Assembly: GCA_948356915.1 (NCBI GenBank)
Contig: CAOJCG010000004.1
Span: forward strand, 32,163 to 96,162
Reading direction: 5' to 3'
Source: an uncultured Clostridiaceae bacterium
GTDB lineage: Bacteria > Bacillota > Clostridia > TANB77 > CAG-508
DNA length: 64,000 nucleotides
Both the position numbers and the translations under genes were made by a program. Each line of letters begins with the position of its first letter. Within the stretch, counting starts at the first letter, position 1. The notes beneath the pieces are model-generated. The model saw only the letters and a program-made list of their open reading frames with translations. It was not told the origin of the DNA and searched no databases. Below, one piece after another: positions 31,991 to 42,971 of this stretch.

Positions 31991-33478
31991 ATGGAAAATA
32001 ACCAAGAACCAGAAGTAGATTTAAACCAATTATTACAAATAAGAAGAGATAAATTATCAAAATTAAAAGCAGAAGGAAAAGACCCTTTTGAAATAACAAA
32101 ATTTAATAGAACACACACAAGTAAGCAAATTGTACAAAACTATGATGAACTAGAAGGAAAAGATGTAACTATAGCTGGAAGAATAATGGCAAAAAGAATA
32201 ATGGGGAAAGCTTCATTTTGCCACATTCAAGATGGAGAAGGAAAAATACAAAGCTATGTAAGTATAAATGAATTAGGAGAAGAAAGTTATAAACAATTCA
32301 AAGAAGATGATATAGGAGACATTATAGGAATAACAGGTTTTGTATTCAAAACAAGAACAGGAGAAGTATCAATACACGCTAAAGAAGTAACATTACTTTC
32401 AAAATCATTAAGACCACTACCAGAAAAATATCATGGATTAAAAGATACAGACTTAAGATATCGCCAAAGATATGTAGACTTAATAGTAAACCCAGAAGTA
32501 AAAGATACATTCCTAAAAAGAATACAAATTCTTGGGGAAGTAAAAAACATATTAAACGAAAAAGGATACTTAGAAGTAGAAACACCAATATTAAACACAA
32601 TAGCAGGAGGAGCAGCAGCACGCCCATTCATAACACACCACAATACATTAGATATGGACATGTACCTAAGAATAGCAAATGAACTATACCTAAAAAGGCT
32701 AATAGTAGGAGGTTTCGACAAAGTATATGAAATGGGAAGAATGTTCAGAAATGAAGGAATGGACATAAAACATAATCCAGAATTTACAAACATAGAATTA
32801 TACTCAGCATATGAAGACTACAACGACATGATGGATATAACAGAAGAAATAATATCAAAAGTTGCATTAAAAGTATTAGGAACAACAAAAATAACATATC
32901 AAGGAACAAAAATTGACTTAACTCCATCATGGAAAAGAATATCAATGATAGATTCTATAAAAGAAGTAACAGGAGTAGATTTCAACAAAATAGAAACAGA
33001 CAAAGAAGCACTAAAAGCAGCAAAAGAACTAAACGTAGAATTAGACGAATTAAAGCTAACAAGAGGAGAAATAATAAACCAAATATTCGAAGCAAAAGTA
33101 GAAGAAACACTAATACAACCAACATTTATATATGATTACCCAGTAGAAGTATCACCATTAACAAAAAGAAAACCATCAGACCCACGTCTAACAGAGCGTT
33201 TCGAAATATTCATAGGAACAAGAGAATATGGAAATGCATATTCAGAACTAAATGATCCAATAGATCAATATGAAAGATTTAAAAAACAAGTAGAAGCAAG
33301 AGAAGCAGGAGACGAAGAAGCAAACATGATGGACGACGACTTCATAAATGCACTAGAATACGGAATGCCACCAACAGGAGGATTAGGAATAGGAATAGAT
33401 AGATTAGTAATGTTACTAACAGACTCAGCTTCAATAAGAGATGTATTACTATTCCCAACAATGAAACCACTAAACTAA
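31991..33478 (+). CDS. lysS: Lysine--tRNA ligase (class II)
   Basis: 495 aa, class II motifs, anticodon-binding OB fold. Confidence 0.95.
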   Translation: MENNQEPEVDLNQLLQIRRDKLSKLKAEGKDPFEITKFNRTHTSKQIVQNYDELEGKDVTIAGRIMAKRIMGKASFCHIQDGEGKIQSYVSINELGEESYKQFKEDDIGDIIGITGFVFKTRTGEVSIHAKEVTLLSKSLRPLPEKYHGLKDTDLRYRQRYVDLIVNPEVKDTFLKRIQILGEVKNILNEKGYLEVETPILNTIAGGAAARPFITHHNTLDMDMYLRIANELYLKRLIVGGFDKVYEMGRMFRNEGMDIKHNPEFTNIELYSAYEDYNDMMDITEEIISKVALKVLGTTKITYQGTKIDLTPSWKRISMIDSIKEVTGVDFNKIETDKEALKAAKELNVELDELKLTRGEIINQIFEAKVEETLIQPTFIYDYPVEVSPLTKRKPSDPRLTERFEIFIGTREYGNAYSELNDPIDQYERFKKQVEAREAGDEEANMMDDDFINALEYGMPPTGGLGIGIDRLVMLLTDSASIRDVLLFPTMKPLN

Positions 33479-33499
33479 TATATTGCTAAGGAGGCAAAG

Positions 33500-34105
33500 A
33501 TGATTTTAGAAAATAAATTAAATATTACTGACCAAGCAGAATTAGCAAGAGAAGAAGAAAAAATTAGTAAAATATGTGCAAAGAAGATGTTTGAAACAGG
33601 ATATTTGAGTACATTAGAACCAGGAACATTTGAAACTTTAAAGAAGATACACAAATATTTATTTAAGGAAATATATGAATTTGCAGGAAATTTAAGAAAA
33701 GTAAATATAGCCAAAGGAAACTTTAGATTTGTACCTCTTGCTTATCTTGAAGAAGCAATTAAAAACATCGAAAAAATGCCTCAATCTAACTATGAAGAAA
33801 TAATTGAAAAATATGTTGAAATGAATATTGCACATCCATTTAGAGAAGGAAATGGAAGAAGTACACGAATATGGCTTGATTTAATTTTAAAAAAAGAATT
33901 AAACTTAGTAGTTGATTGGAGTAAAGTAGATAAAACAGATTACTTACTTGCAATGGAGCGTAGCCCTATAAAAGATACAGAAATTAAACAATTATTAAAA
34001 CAAAGTTTAACAGATAAAATAAATGATAGGGAAGTATATATGAAAGGTATAGATAACAGCTATTTATATGAAGGATATTTATCATTTAAAACAGAAGAGT
34101 TATAA
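33500..34105 (+). CDS. Fic-family protein, class III (C-terminal inhibitory motif SxxxEG)
   Basis: FIC motif HPFREGNGRSTR; C-terminal SYLYEG. Confidence 0.8.
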   Translation: MILENKLNITDQAELAREEEKISKICAKKMFETGYLSTLEPGTFETLKKIHKYLFKEIYEFAGNLRKVNIAKGNFRFVPLAYLEEAIKNIEKMPQSNYEEIIEKYVEMNIAHPFREGNGRSTRIWLDLILKKELNLVVDWSKVDKTDYLLAMERSPIKDTEIKQLLKQSLTDKINDREVYMKGIDNSYLYEGYLSFKTEEL

Positions 34106-34132
34106 ATTGTAAAAATAGAAAAGAGGAAAACT

Positions 34133-34855
34133 ATGAAGATACCTATTAATGTTATGCAAAAATTATCCAAAATAAAAAATTCGCTATATGATGACATAAA
34201 GATAGAATATTTATATCATTCAAATAAGTTAGAAGGCAGTACATTTAATATTGAACAATTAAATATTCTTTTAGAAGAAAATATGGTAGTTGGAGAGCAC
34301 TCAATTAATGATGTACAAGAAACTATTAATTCATTAGAATTATTTGATTTTGTTGTAGAAACTTTAAATGAGAAATTAACAGATAGATTACTTAGAGAAT
34401 ATCATTCGATTTTAAAGAAAAACACAAGCGATGAGAATTATGGGTTTGTAGGAGTATATAAAAAGATTTCTAATAAATTAAGAAATGTAGATATTAAATT
34501 AGCTGAGCCATATGAGGTTGAAGAATTAATTAAAGGTTTATTAGAAAATAAGATAAAAAGTATAGAAAATATAGCCGATTTTCATCAAAAATTTGAACAG
34601 ATACATCCTTTTCAAGATGGAAATGGAAGAATAGGAAGATTTATAATACTAAGACAATGTTTAGAAAATAATATCGATTTAATTGCTATTGATGACGAGT
34701 ACAATAAAGAATATAGAGAAGCTTTATATAAGGCTCAAACTTCAGGAAATTTAGAACAATTAGTCCAAGTATTTGAAAAATGTCAAAAAAGACTTGATGA
34801 AAAATTACAAAATTATATGCCAACAATAGAACAACTATCTAAGGAAGTTGAATAA
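34133..34855 (+). CDS. Fic-family protein, class II-like (N-terminal inhibitory motif SxxxEG)
   Basis: FIC motif HPFQDGNGRIGR; N-terminal SNKLEG. Confidence 0.8.
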   Translation: MKIPINVMQKLSKIKNSLYDDIKIEYLYHSNKLEGSTFNIEQLNILLEENMVVGEHSINDVQETINSLELFDFVVETLNEKLTDRLLREYHSILKKNTSDENYGFVGVYKKISNKLRNVDIKLAEPYEVEELIKGLLENKIKSIENIADFHQKFEQIHPFQDGNGRIGRFIILRQCLENNIDLIAIDDEYNKEYREALYKAQTSGNLEQLVQVFEKCQKRLDEKLQNYMPTIEQLSKEVE

Positions 34856-34881
34856 TATTTTTATTAGAAAAGGAGATTTAA

Positions 34882-35658
34882 ATGTTTTCATTTGGATATG
34901 ATAAAAGAATATTATATGTAATACTAGCAATATTCATAATAATGAATATTGGCAGTTACCTTACAAGCCAAGATAAATTATTAAGTTTAGTACTAACCTT
35001 GCCAGCAGTGTTAATAGCAATAACCTTCCACGAATTTGCCCATGCATTTGCAGCAGATAAGCTAGGAGATGATACACCAAGAAGACAAGGAAGGCTAAAC
35101 CTAAATCCGCTATCACATTTAGATCCAATAGGATCTATAATGCTAGTATTTGCAGGTTTTGGATGGGGAAAACCAGTAGAAATAAACCCAAGAAACTTTA
35201 ATAGAAACAGAAGTATGTCTGCTAGTGAAGCAATAGTTTCATTTGCAGGTCCAGCTATGAATTTTATACTAGCAATAGTATTTTCTATAATAATAGGAAT
35301 AACATTAATAGTAACTAACAGCTATATAAATATAACTTCATACACAATGCAAATAGTAACAGCAAACCAAATAACGGCAGTAATAATACAAATGCTAATG
35401 ATATGTGTATCTGTAAATTTAGGATTAGGAATATTTAACCTAATACCACTACCACCATTAGATGGTTCAAAAATACTAAGAAACTTTTTACCATACAATG
35501 CAAAAGAATGGATGGATAGGAACTATCAAATATTATATATAATATTTATAGTAATATGGATAACACCAATAGCAGGAATGATAATATCTCCTATAATATC
35601 AGGTGCATATGAAGGAATACTAAAACTTATATTAAGTTTGTTTGGAAGAATAATATAA
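34882..35658 (+). CDS. Site-2 protease family (peptidase M50) membrane metalloprotease
   Basis: HEFAH zinc motif, LDG motif (NLIPLPPLDGSKIL), multiple TM helices. Confidence 0.8.
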   Translation: MFSFGYDKRILYVILAIFIIMNIGSYLTSQDKLLSLVLTLPAVLIAITFHEFAHAFAADKLGDDTPRRQGRLNLNPLSHLDPIGSIMLVFAGFGWGKPVEINPRNFNRNRSMSASEAIVSFAGPAMNFILAIVFSIIIGITLIVTNSYINITSYTMQIVTANQITAVIIQMLMICVSVNLGLGIFNLIPLPPLDGSKILRNFLPYNAKEWMDRNYQILYIIFIVIWITPIAGMIISPIISGAYEGILKLILSLFGRII

Positions 35659-35667
35659 TAGAAAGAA

Positions 35668-36669
35668 ATGAAAAAGATGAAAGATATATTAATATTAGGA
35701 ATAGAATCAAGTTGTGATGAAACAGCAGCAGCCGTAGTAAAAAATGGAAGAGAAGTTTTATCAAATGTAATAAGTTCACAAATAGAAATTCACGAAAAAT
35801 TCGGTGGAGTAGTACCAGAAATAGCTTCTAGAAATCATGCAGAAGCTATTTCAAATGTTGTAAAAAAAGCATTAAAAGAAGCAAATGTAACATTACAAGA
35901 GATAGATGGAGTGGCATGTACTTATGGACCAGGACTAGTAGGAGCTTTACTTGTAGGGGTGTCATATGCAAAAGCGGTTTCATATGCATCAAACAAACCA
36001 TTAATAGGAACAAATCATATAGAAGGACATATAGCAGCAAACTACATAACACATAAAGAACTAAAACCACCATTTTTAGCATTTGTAATATCAGGAGGGC
36101 ATACACACCTAGTACATATAAAAAACTACAAAGAATTTGAAATAATAGGAAAAACAAGAGATGACGCAATAGGAGAAGCATTTGATAAAGTGGCTAGAGT
36201 AATAGGATTAGGTTATCCAGGAGGACCAAAAATAGACAAGCTAGCAAAAGAAGGAAAACCAAACATACAACTACCAAAAACACACTTCGAAAACCTAGAC
36301 TTCAGTTTCAGCGGAATAAAAACAGCAGTAATAAACTTAAACCACAAAACACCAGACCTAAACAAAGCAGACTTAGCAGCAAGCTTTGAACAAGCAGTAA
36401 CAGATGTACTAATAGAAAATGCAGTTAAAGCATGTGAAAAATTAAATTTGAAGACAATAGCACTAGCAGGTGGGGTATCAGCCAATAGTTATATAAGAAA
36501 TAGATTTCTAGAGTTAGAACAAACAAACCATATAAAAGTATACTACCCAGAACCAATATTATGCACAGATAATGCTGCAATGATAGCTTCAGCAGGATAT
36601 TTCAACTACATAAATAAAATAACATCAAATTTGGAATTAAATGCAGTACCAAATTTAAAAATCAACTAA
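35668..36669 (+). CDS. tsaD: tRNA N6-adenosine threonylcarbamoyltransferase TsaD
   Basis: 333 aa Kae1/Gcp family, [14 protein letters not shown]... Confidence 0.9.
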   Translation: MKKMKDILILGIESSCDETAAAVVKNGREVLSNVISSQIEIHEKFGGVVPEIASRNHAEAISNVVKKALKEANVTLQEIDGVACTYGPGLVGALLVGVSYAKAVSYASNKPLIGTNHIEGHIAANYITHKELKPPFLAFVISGGHTHLVHIKNYKEFEIIGKTRDDAIGEAFDKVARVIGLGYPGGPKIDKLAKEGKPNIQLPKTHFENLDFSFSGIKTAVINLNHKTPDLNKADLAASFEQAVTDVLIENAVKACEKLNLKTIALAGGVSANSYIRNRFLELEQTNHIKVYYPEPILCTDNAAMIASAGYFNYINKITSNLELNAVPNLKIN

Positions 36670-36722
36670 AAGGACGCCATTTTTTCGAAAAAAACAACTA
36701 AAAGGGACGCCCCTTTTTCGAA
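36668..36722. terminator. Two tandem hairpin terminators, probably bidirectional
   Basis: aaaaggacgccatttttt and aaaagggacgcccctttttcg. The same aaaagggacgNcccctttt core recurs at 43445. Confidence 0.55.
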
Positions 36723-36780
36723 AAAATTTGCCAAAAAGGAAGTTTCTTTGGTAGAATATGAAGATAGAAGGGAAAAGAAT

Positions 36781-37497
36781 ATGGCTATATATGTTATAGG
36801 AGATTTACACTTGCCTTTTGGAATTGATAAGCCCATGGATATTTTTGGTGAAAAATGGCAAGGGTATACTGAAAAACTAAAGGCAGATTGGAAAAGTAAA
36901 GTAAAACCAGAAGATACAGTAATTATTGCTGGTGATTTTTCATGGGCAACATATATAAAAGATACATATAAAGACTTTGAATATATATGTAATTTACCAG
37001 GGAAAAAAATAATACTAAAAGGTAACCATGATTACTGGTGGACTACAGTAAAAAGTATGAAAGAATATTTAGAAGAAAATAATTTTGAAAATATAGACTT
37101 TTTATACAATAATAGTTTTTACATTGAAGATAAAATAATAGTAGGAACAAGAGGTTGGGCTTTATTAGACAGCGAAAATAGTAGTAAAATGATAAAACGA
37201 GAGAGTCTAAGATTAGAACTATCAATACAAAATGCTATTCAAAACTATGGAGAAAATAAAGAAATAATATGTATAATGCATTATCCACCAATTACAAAAA
37301 CAAAAATGAAAAATGAATATACATATGATTCTAAATTTTTAGAAATTATGAAAAAATATAATGTAAAAAAGTGTTATTATGGACATTTACATGGAACATC
37401 ACATAGTGATGCAGTAGAAGGAATAGTAGAAGAAATAGAATTCTATTTAATTAGTGGAGATTATATAGAATTTAAACTAAAATTAATTGACAAATAA
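36781..37497 (+). CDS. Calcineurin-like metallophosphoesterase
   Basis: GDLHL...GDF...GNHDYWW motifs. Confidence 0.7.
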   Translation: MAIYVIGDLHLPFGIDKPMDIFGEKWQGYTEKLKADWKSKVKPEDTVIIAGDFSWATYIKDTYKDFEYICNLPGKKIILKGNHDYWWTTVKSMKEYLEENNFENIDFLYNNSFYIEDKIIVGTRGWALLDSENSSKMIKRESLRLELSIQNAIQNYGENKEIICIMHYPPITKTKMKNEYTYDSKFLEIMKKYNVKKCYYGHLHGTSHSDAVEGIVEEIEFYLISGDYIEFKLKLIDK

Positions 37498-37509
37498 GTA
37501 AATATATGA

Positions 37510-37618
37510 TAGAATAATAAACTGTAAGCCGCCTGAGTCGGGCTAAAAATGCTAAATATATTTAGCTGCCTAGTATTTTATGCTTAGCGAGTATACATAT
37601 AAAGGGAGGTGTACGTTA
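37510..37618 (+). promoter_or_regulatory. Probable L21 (rplU) leader region
   Basis: Structured leader (gccgcctgagtcgggc, gctaaatatatttagc) directly upstream of rplU, as for the Firmicutes L21 leader. Confidence 0.35.
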
Positions 37619-37987
37619 ATGTACGCAATAATCGAAAGCTGTGGAAAGCAATACAAAGTATCAGAAGGAGATATAGTATTCTTCGAAAAATTAGATACAG
37701 AATTAGGTAAAAAAGTTACATTTAAAGAAGTAGTATTAGTATCTGATGACAAAAAAGTAGAAGTAGGTGCTCCTTACGTAAAAGGTGCTAAAGTAGAAGG
37801 AAAAGTAGTTGAACATGGTAAAGGTAAAAAAATTATAGTTTACAAATACAAAGCTAAAAAGAACTACAGAAGAACACAAGGTCACAGACAACCATATACA
37901 AAAGTTCAAATTACAAAAATAGCACTAGCTGCTGAAAAAGCTACAAAAGCAGAAACTGCTACAAAAAAAGAAACAGTAGAAGCTTAA
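37619..37987 (+). CDS. rplU: 50S ribosomal protein L21 (with a C-terminal A/K/T-rich extension)
   Basis: [18 protein letters not shown]... Confidence 0.9.
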   Translation: MYAIIESCGKQYKVSEGDIVFFEKLDTELGKKVTFKEVVLVSDDKKVEVGAPYVKGAKVEGKVVEHGKGKKIIVYKYKAKKNYRRTQGHRQPYTKVQITKIALAAEKATKAETATKKETVEA

Positions 37988-38048
37988 GTTTAATTAGTAA
38001 ATAAATAAGAGATATAAAAAAACAAAACCAAGAAGGGAGTGAGAAAAC

Positions 38049-38318
38049 ATGGCTCATAAGAAAGGTCAAGGTAGTGTTAAGAACGGTAGAGACAGTGAGT
38101 CAAAACGTCTTGGGCTAAAAAGAGCTGACGGACAATTTGTTCTAGCAGGAAATATCCTAGTAAGACAAAGAGGAACAAAATTCCATCCAGGAACAAATGT
38201 AGGAATTGGAAGCGATGATACATTATTTGCATTAAAAGATGGAACAGTTAAATTTGAAAGATTAGGAAAAGATAAAAAGAAAGTAAGTGTTTACCCAGCA
38301 GAGGAAGCACAAGCATAA
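38049..38318 (+). CDS. rpmA: 50S ribosomal protein L27 (no N-terminal propeptide; no prp/ysxB gene between rplU and rpmA)
   Basis: [22 protein letters not shown]... starts directly at the mature N-terminus. Confidence 0.95.
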   Translation: MAHKKGQGSVKNGRDSESKRLGLKRADGQFVLAGNILVRQRGTKFHPGTNVGIGSDDTLFALKDGTVKFERLGKDKKKVSVYPAEEAQA

Positions 38319-38325
38319 AAAAATA

Positions 38326-38366
38326 AGAAACTCTTCTTAAAGGAGTTTCTTATTTTTTTGTTTTTT
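38326..38366 (+). terminator. Intrinsic terminator after rpmA
   Basis: aagaaactc/gagtttctt stem followed by a T-run. Confidence 0.7.
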
Positions 38367-38536
38367 ATAGTATAGGAAAAATCGATTTCAAATGTAGGGG
38401 CACGGGGCACCGTGCCTTTTGTTTCTATACTAAGAAAGTACCATATTTAAATTTACAATTAATCTACCATTATAATTTGCATTTTATACTAACCGCTGAA
38501 TAGTAACCTAATAATAGTAAATGCACCAAAAAAACC

Positions 38537-38565
38537 TTGACATTCTAGTACTTTAGTGGGATAAT
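38537..38565 (+). promoter_or_regulatory. Sigma-A-like promoter for scpB (TTGACA-17-GATAAT)
   Basis: -35 at 38537-38542, -10 at 38560-38565. Confidence 0.5.
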
Positions 38566-38593
38566 AATGTGGAATAAAAGGAGAAATTTTAAT

Positions 38594-39301
38594 ATGGAAA
38601 TAGAAAAAGCAAAAGCCATAATAGAAGCGATATTATTTGCATGTGGAAGAGAAGTAAAAGTAAATGAATTAATGTCGGCATTAGAACTTAGTGGAGAAGA
38701 TGTATTAAATATAATAGAAAGTCTAAAAGCAGACTATGAAATGAATAATAGAGGAATTGAAATAATAAGGGTAAATGATGGTTTTCAATTAACTACTAAA
38801 AAAGAATACTATGAATACATATATCCAATATTCGACAAAAGAAGTAAACCAAACCTAACAAATGCAGCATTAGAAACACTATCAATAGTAGCATATAACC
38901 CAAAAATAACAAGACCAGAAATAGAAGCAATAAGAGGGGTTAACTCAGATGGAACAATGTATAAGCTATTAGAATATAACCTAATAGAGGCAGTAGGAAA
39001 AGCAGATGCTCCAGGAAGACCAACAATGTATGAAGTAACACCAGACTTTTATAGAATGTTTGGTTTCTCAAATATTGAAGAACTACCAGAGCTTCCAAGA
39101 TATAAATTAGATGAGAATCAACAAATAGTTATAGATGAGATAATAGAGGAAAATAAAGAACAAGAGGAAATGCAAGAAACTGAAAATCAAAAATCAGAAG
39201 AAAATGAAGAAAGTAATAATGAAATAGAAGATAAACAAACAAGCGAAGAAATAAATGAGGCTCCAATGCCCGAAAGGGAAGAAGAGAAAAATAATGAATA
39301 A
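38594..39301 (+). CDS. scpB: Segregation and condensation protein B
   Basis: Winged-helix ScpB motifs (AIIEAILFA, LETLSIVAYNPKITRPEIEAIRGV) and an acidic C-terminal tail. Confidence 0.85.
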   Translation: MEIEKAKAIIEAILFACGREVKVNELMSALELSGEDVLNIIESLKADYEMNNRGIEIIRVNDGFQLTTKKEYYEYIYPIFDKRSKPNLTNAALETLSIVAYNPKITRPEIEAIRGVNSDGTMYKLLEYNLIEAVGKADAPGRPTMYEVTPDFYRMFGFSNIEELPELPRYKLDENQQIVIDEIIEENKEQEEMQETENQKSEENEESNNEIEDKQTSEEINEAPMPEREEEKNNE

Positions 39302-39385
39302 TAAATTTGTTGTAGGGGCTTAATCGGTTAGGAATACCAAGGAGAATTTACCGAATTACGCCCTAAATATATTAAAATTAATTTA

Positions 39386-39655
39386 GAGATAAATGTGTTA
39401 AATAGTCCGCTCCCAGGAGGTTTAATTTATTTTTTTAAAATTTAATTCCTAGCCTCTTAACTCAACTCTAAGTAAAATATTCCGTTATACTCCATATTTA
39501 ACTTAGAGTAAGCGGTCCCCACCGCCTTAACGGAATATTCAATTTTAAAAAAATAAATCAAACCTCCCTCGCGCTACTCTATATGTTAAGAATACTACTA
39601 TTTTAAAAATAAGAAATAAAATTTGAAAATTAGGTAAGATTTAAAAATTAAATAA
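39386..39655. mobile_element. MITE-like inverted-repeat-bounded element, copy 2 (upstream of proS)
   Basis: Same terminal sequences as copy 1, including gtccgctcccaggaggtttaatttattttttt and aaaaaaataaatcaaacctccctcgcgctactctatatgtt. Confidence 0.55.
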
Positions 39656-39803
39656 GAAAAGAAAATAAAAGGAAATTGAAGATTAGAAATGATTGTAATG
39701 GAGTGCTATCAACACGTCAGTTCTTCGAAGAGATTACCTGAATTCCAACATCCAACTTCTAACTTCCAACTTCCATAAAATAAAAAAGGAGAGAAAACAA
39801 AAA

Positions 39804-41228
39804 ATGAAAAATAAAGCAATAACACCAAGAAATGAAGATTTCGCAAAATGGTATACAGATGTAGTAAAAGCAGCACGTTTAGCAGCATATTCAAATGTAA
39901 AAGGATGTATAGTAATAGAGCCAAATGGCTATGCAATATGGGAAAAAATGCAAGCAACACTAGACAAAATGTTTAAAGAAACAGGACACAAAAATGTATG
40001 CATGCCAATGTTAATACCAGAAAACCTAATTAGAAAAGAAGGAGAACTAATAAATGGTTTCGCACCAGAAGTAGCATGGGTAACACAAGGAGGAGAAAAA
40101 GAGCTAGACGAAAGAATGTGTATAAGACCAACCTCAGAAACATTATTTAGTGATTACTATGCAGGAGTAGTAAACTCATATAGGGACTTACCACTAAAAT
40201 ACAACCAATGGTGTAGTGTACTAAGATGGGAAAAAGAAACAAGACCATTCTTACGTTCAAGAGAATTTCTATGGCAAGAAGGACACACAATACATGAAAC
40301 TAGCCACGAAGCAGAAAAAGAAACAAGGCAAATGCTAGAAATATACAAAAAATTCTTTGAAGAATACCTAGCAATACCAGTAATAACAGGAAGAAAAACC
40401 GAAAAAGAAAAATTTGCAGGAGCAGAATACACTTTAACAGTAGAAGCATTAATGTATAATGGAGTATCACTTCAATCAGGAACATCACACTACTTTGGTC
40501 AAAAATTCTCTAAAGCATATGATATATCTTTCTCAAACAGAGAAAATGAGCAAGAATATGTATATCAAACTTCATGGGGAGTTTCAACTAGAATGATAGG
40601 TGGCTTAATAATGGTACATAGTGATGAAGCAGGTTTAGTACTTCCGCCTAAAATAGCACCAAGACAAGTAGTAATAGTACCAATAGGAGGCTCAGAAGAA
40701 GTTAAAAACTTAAGTCAAAAAGCATATAACGAGCTAAAAAATGCAGGAATAACTGTATACATAGACGACTCAGAAAAATCACCAGGTTTCAGATTTGCAG
40801 AAAGTGAAGTAAACGGAATTCCAGTAAGAATAGAAATAGGAGAAAGAGACCTAAAAGAAAACAAAATAACATTTGCACGTAGAGATACAAGAGAAAAACT
40901 AGTAGAAACAGCAGATGTAGACTTTGCAGAATATGTAGAAAAACTATTAGAAGAAATACAAAATAATCTATACAATAGAGCATTAGAAAGAAGAAATGAA
41001 TTAACATATGAATGTACAAAACTAGATGAAGTAGAAAAAATAATGAGCGAAAAACCAGGTTTTGTAAAAGCAATGTGGTGTGGAAGCGAAGAATGTGAAC
41101 TAAAAATGAAAGAAATAAAAGGCACAAAATCAAGATGTATACTAGAAAATGAAAAACATATACATGATAAATGTATAGTATGTGGAAAAGAATCTAAATA
41201 TTTAGTAGTTTGGGGAATACAATATTAA
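39804..41228 (+). CDS. proS: Proline--tRNA ligase (archaeal/eukaryote-like type)
   Basis: 474 aa class II ProRS without the bacterial insertion domain; C-terminal zinc-binding Cys residues. Confidence 0.9.
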   Translation: MKNKAITPRNEDFAKWYTDVVKAARLAAYSNVKGCIVIEPNGYAIWEKMQATLDKMFKETGHKNVCMPMLIPENLIRKEGELINGFAPEVAWVTQGGEKELDERMCIRPTSETLFSDYYAGVVNSYRDLPLKYNQWCSVLRWEKETRPFLRSREFLWQEGHTIHETSHEAEKETRQMLEIYKKFFEEYLAIPVITGRKTEKEKFAGAEYTLTVEALMYNGVSLQSGTSHYFGQKFSKAYDISFSNRENEQEYVYQTSWGVSTRMIGGLIMVHSDEAGLVLPPKIAPRQVVIVPIGGSEEVKNLSQKAYNELKNAGITVYIDDSEKSPGFRFAESEVNGIPVRIEIGERDLKENKITFARRDTREKLVETADVDFAEYVEKLLEEIQNNLYNRALERRNELTYECTKLDEVEKIMSEKPGFVKAMWCGSEECELKMKEIKGTKSRCILENEKHIHDKCIVCGKESKYLVVWGIQY

Positions 41229-41282
41229 AAATGAATGAATTTAACATTAAAATACAATAATAAGCATTAAAGGAGGAAGTAA

Positions 41283-41498
41283 AAAAGTTACTCGAAAGAA
41301 CAAATAGAAAACTTAGAAAAATTCTGCAAAGAAAAAGGCTTATATATGAGTGGAGGTAGTGATTTCCATGGTACAAGAAAGCAAAACCACGAATTGGGAA
41401 TAGGAAGAGGAGACCTATATGTACCAAAGGAAATAGTAGAAGAATGGATAGATAAACTAAAAGTTATATATAAACCAAAAGAAATAGGAGAAAATTCT
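41283..41498 (+). pseudogene. 5'-truncated remnant of a PHP-domain gene, fused in frame to the following PHP gene
   Basis: The frame opens right after a stop with no start codon and encodes ...EKFCKEKGLYMSGGSDFHG, the C-terminal metal-binding motif of PHP phosphoesterases. Confidence 0.4.
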
Positions 41499-42650
41499 AT
41501 GGAAGAAAAATTTGAGATAATGCCAATAGAACTAAATACAGATACACACAACCACACAAGGGGCTCAGATGGAAGACAAACAACATTTAGAACTATGCTT
41601 AGAGCATATAATAAAGGAATTAATACAATAGCAATAACAGACCATGATAGTGTGAAAGGTTTTAGAAATTTAGAAAGAGATATGTATTCTGTTATGGGAA
41701 CTATAAGAGCAGATAAATCCTATGATGCTTCAAAGATATTAGAAATGCTAGAAAATATGCATATAATAAAAGGTACAGAATTAATAACTTCATATAATGG
41801 TGTTATTGTAGAAGTGTTAGGGTATAACTTTGATATTGAAAAAATGGAAAGTGAGATAGCAAATTTAAAAACTACTGTTAAGGAAAAGCCATATGAAGCT
41901 TTATATAAAGGTTTCAATAAAATAATAGATGAAAAAGGTTTAAAATTTGATAAAACTGTTTTAGATGAAGCATATGAAAAAATTAAAAAAGAAGGAAAAG
42001 GTGGAGTAGTTGGTACATTCTATAATGAATTAATAAAACATGAAGAAAATAAAAAATTACTAAAATATACAGATGAAAATGGAGAAGAAAAAGAAGCGGA
42101 TACATTAAAATTATTTATAAATAAACACTTATATAACAAAGAATCTCCTTTATTTGTAGATATGTCAAGTACAAGACCAACATTCAAAAATACAATAGAT
42201 GCAATTCATAGAGCAGGAGGACAAGCATTTTTAGCACATGCAGGAAGATATAAAGATAAAATGCCAGTAGAAGAATATATTGATGATATGATACAAGAGG
42301 GGCTAGATGGTTTAGAAGTATACTATCCAGATCATACAGATGAGTTTAGACAGTTTTTATTAGGAAAAGTAAAAGAACATGGAATTAAAGCCTCAGGGGG
42401 AAGTGATGACCACCACGCTATAAAAGAAGGAATACAATACGAAACAGGAAGAGTAGCAGTTCCAAATATTCAAGAAACAAGTTGGATTTTCGAAACTTGT
42501 CAAAGTGGAAAAGACTTCTTAAATGAATCTATAGAAATTGTAGAAACTATAAAAGAGTTAAGAGAATTAAAAGAAGTTAGAAGTAAGAAAGTTAAAGAAA
42601 ATAATGAACTGGATAGACAAATAAATGAAAAACAGGAGATTTCTAGATAG
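41499..42650 (+). CDS. PHP-domain (polymerase/histidinol-phosphatase-like) metal-dependent phosphoesterase
   Basis: N-terminal HNHTRGSDG...ITDHD motifs; RBS GGAG 9 nt upstream of ATG 41499. Confidence 0.65.
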   Translation: MEEKFEIMPIELNTDTHNHTRGSDGRQTTFRTMLRAYNKGINTIAITDHDSVKGFRNLERDMYSVMGTIRADKSYDASKILEMLENMHIIKGTELITSYNGVIVEVLGYNFDIEKMESEIANLKTTVKEKPYEALYKGFNKIIDEKGLKFDKTVLDEAYEKIKKEGKGGVVGTFYNELIKHEENKKLLKYTDENGEEKEADTLKLFINKHLYNKESPLFVDMSSTRPTFKNTIDAIHRAGGQAFLAHAGRYKDKMPVEEYIDDMIQEGLDGLEVYYPDHTDEFRQFLLGKVKEHGIKASGGSDDHHAIKEGIQYETGRVAVPNIQETSWIFETCQSGKDFLNESIEIVETIKELRELKEVRSKKVKENNELDRQINEKQEISR

Positions 42651-42662
42651 GAGGCTTCATTT

Positions 42663-42935
42663 ATGTTTGAAAAAATAAAAAATATATTAAGAAGATTATT
42701 TAAAAAGCAAAAGCTACTAGAAGAAAATATACTAGAAAACGAAGTGAAACAAATTAATTTTAAAAAAGAAATAAGTCAAAATACAGCAATATATAATATA
42801 CAAAAAATGTATGAAGAAGGAAAAATAACAGAAGACGATATGAAAATAAGCGAAATACGAAAATTGATAAGCATATATAAAGAACAAATAAATATGCTAG
42901 ATAGAGAAATTGCAATTAAAAAAGCAAATAATTAA
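42663..42935 (+). CDS. Hypothetical protein (90 aa)
   Basis: Intact ORF in the accessory island; charged, coiled-coil-like. Confidence 0.35.
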   Translation: MFEKIKNILRRLFKKQKLLEENILENEVKQINFKKEISQNTAIYNIQKMYEEGKITEDDMKISEIRKLISIYKEQINMLDREIAIKKANN

Positions 42936-42971
42936 AATACAATTAAATTTTTTACATTTATTAAAATAAAA

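Noticed and set aside
39306-39803. T-box riboswitch upstream of proS
   Set aside because: No specifier-loop or T-box consensus (AGGGUGGNACCGCG) is visible. The region is instead occupied by a TGTAGGGG hairpin, the MITE-like element and a heptamer-armed element.
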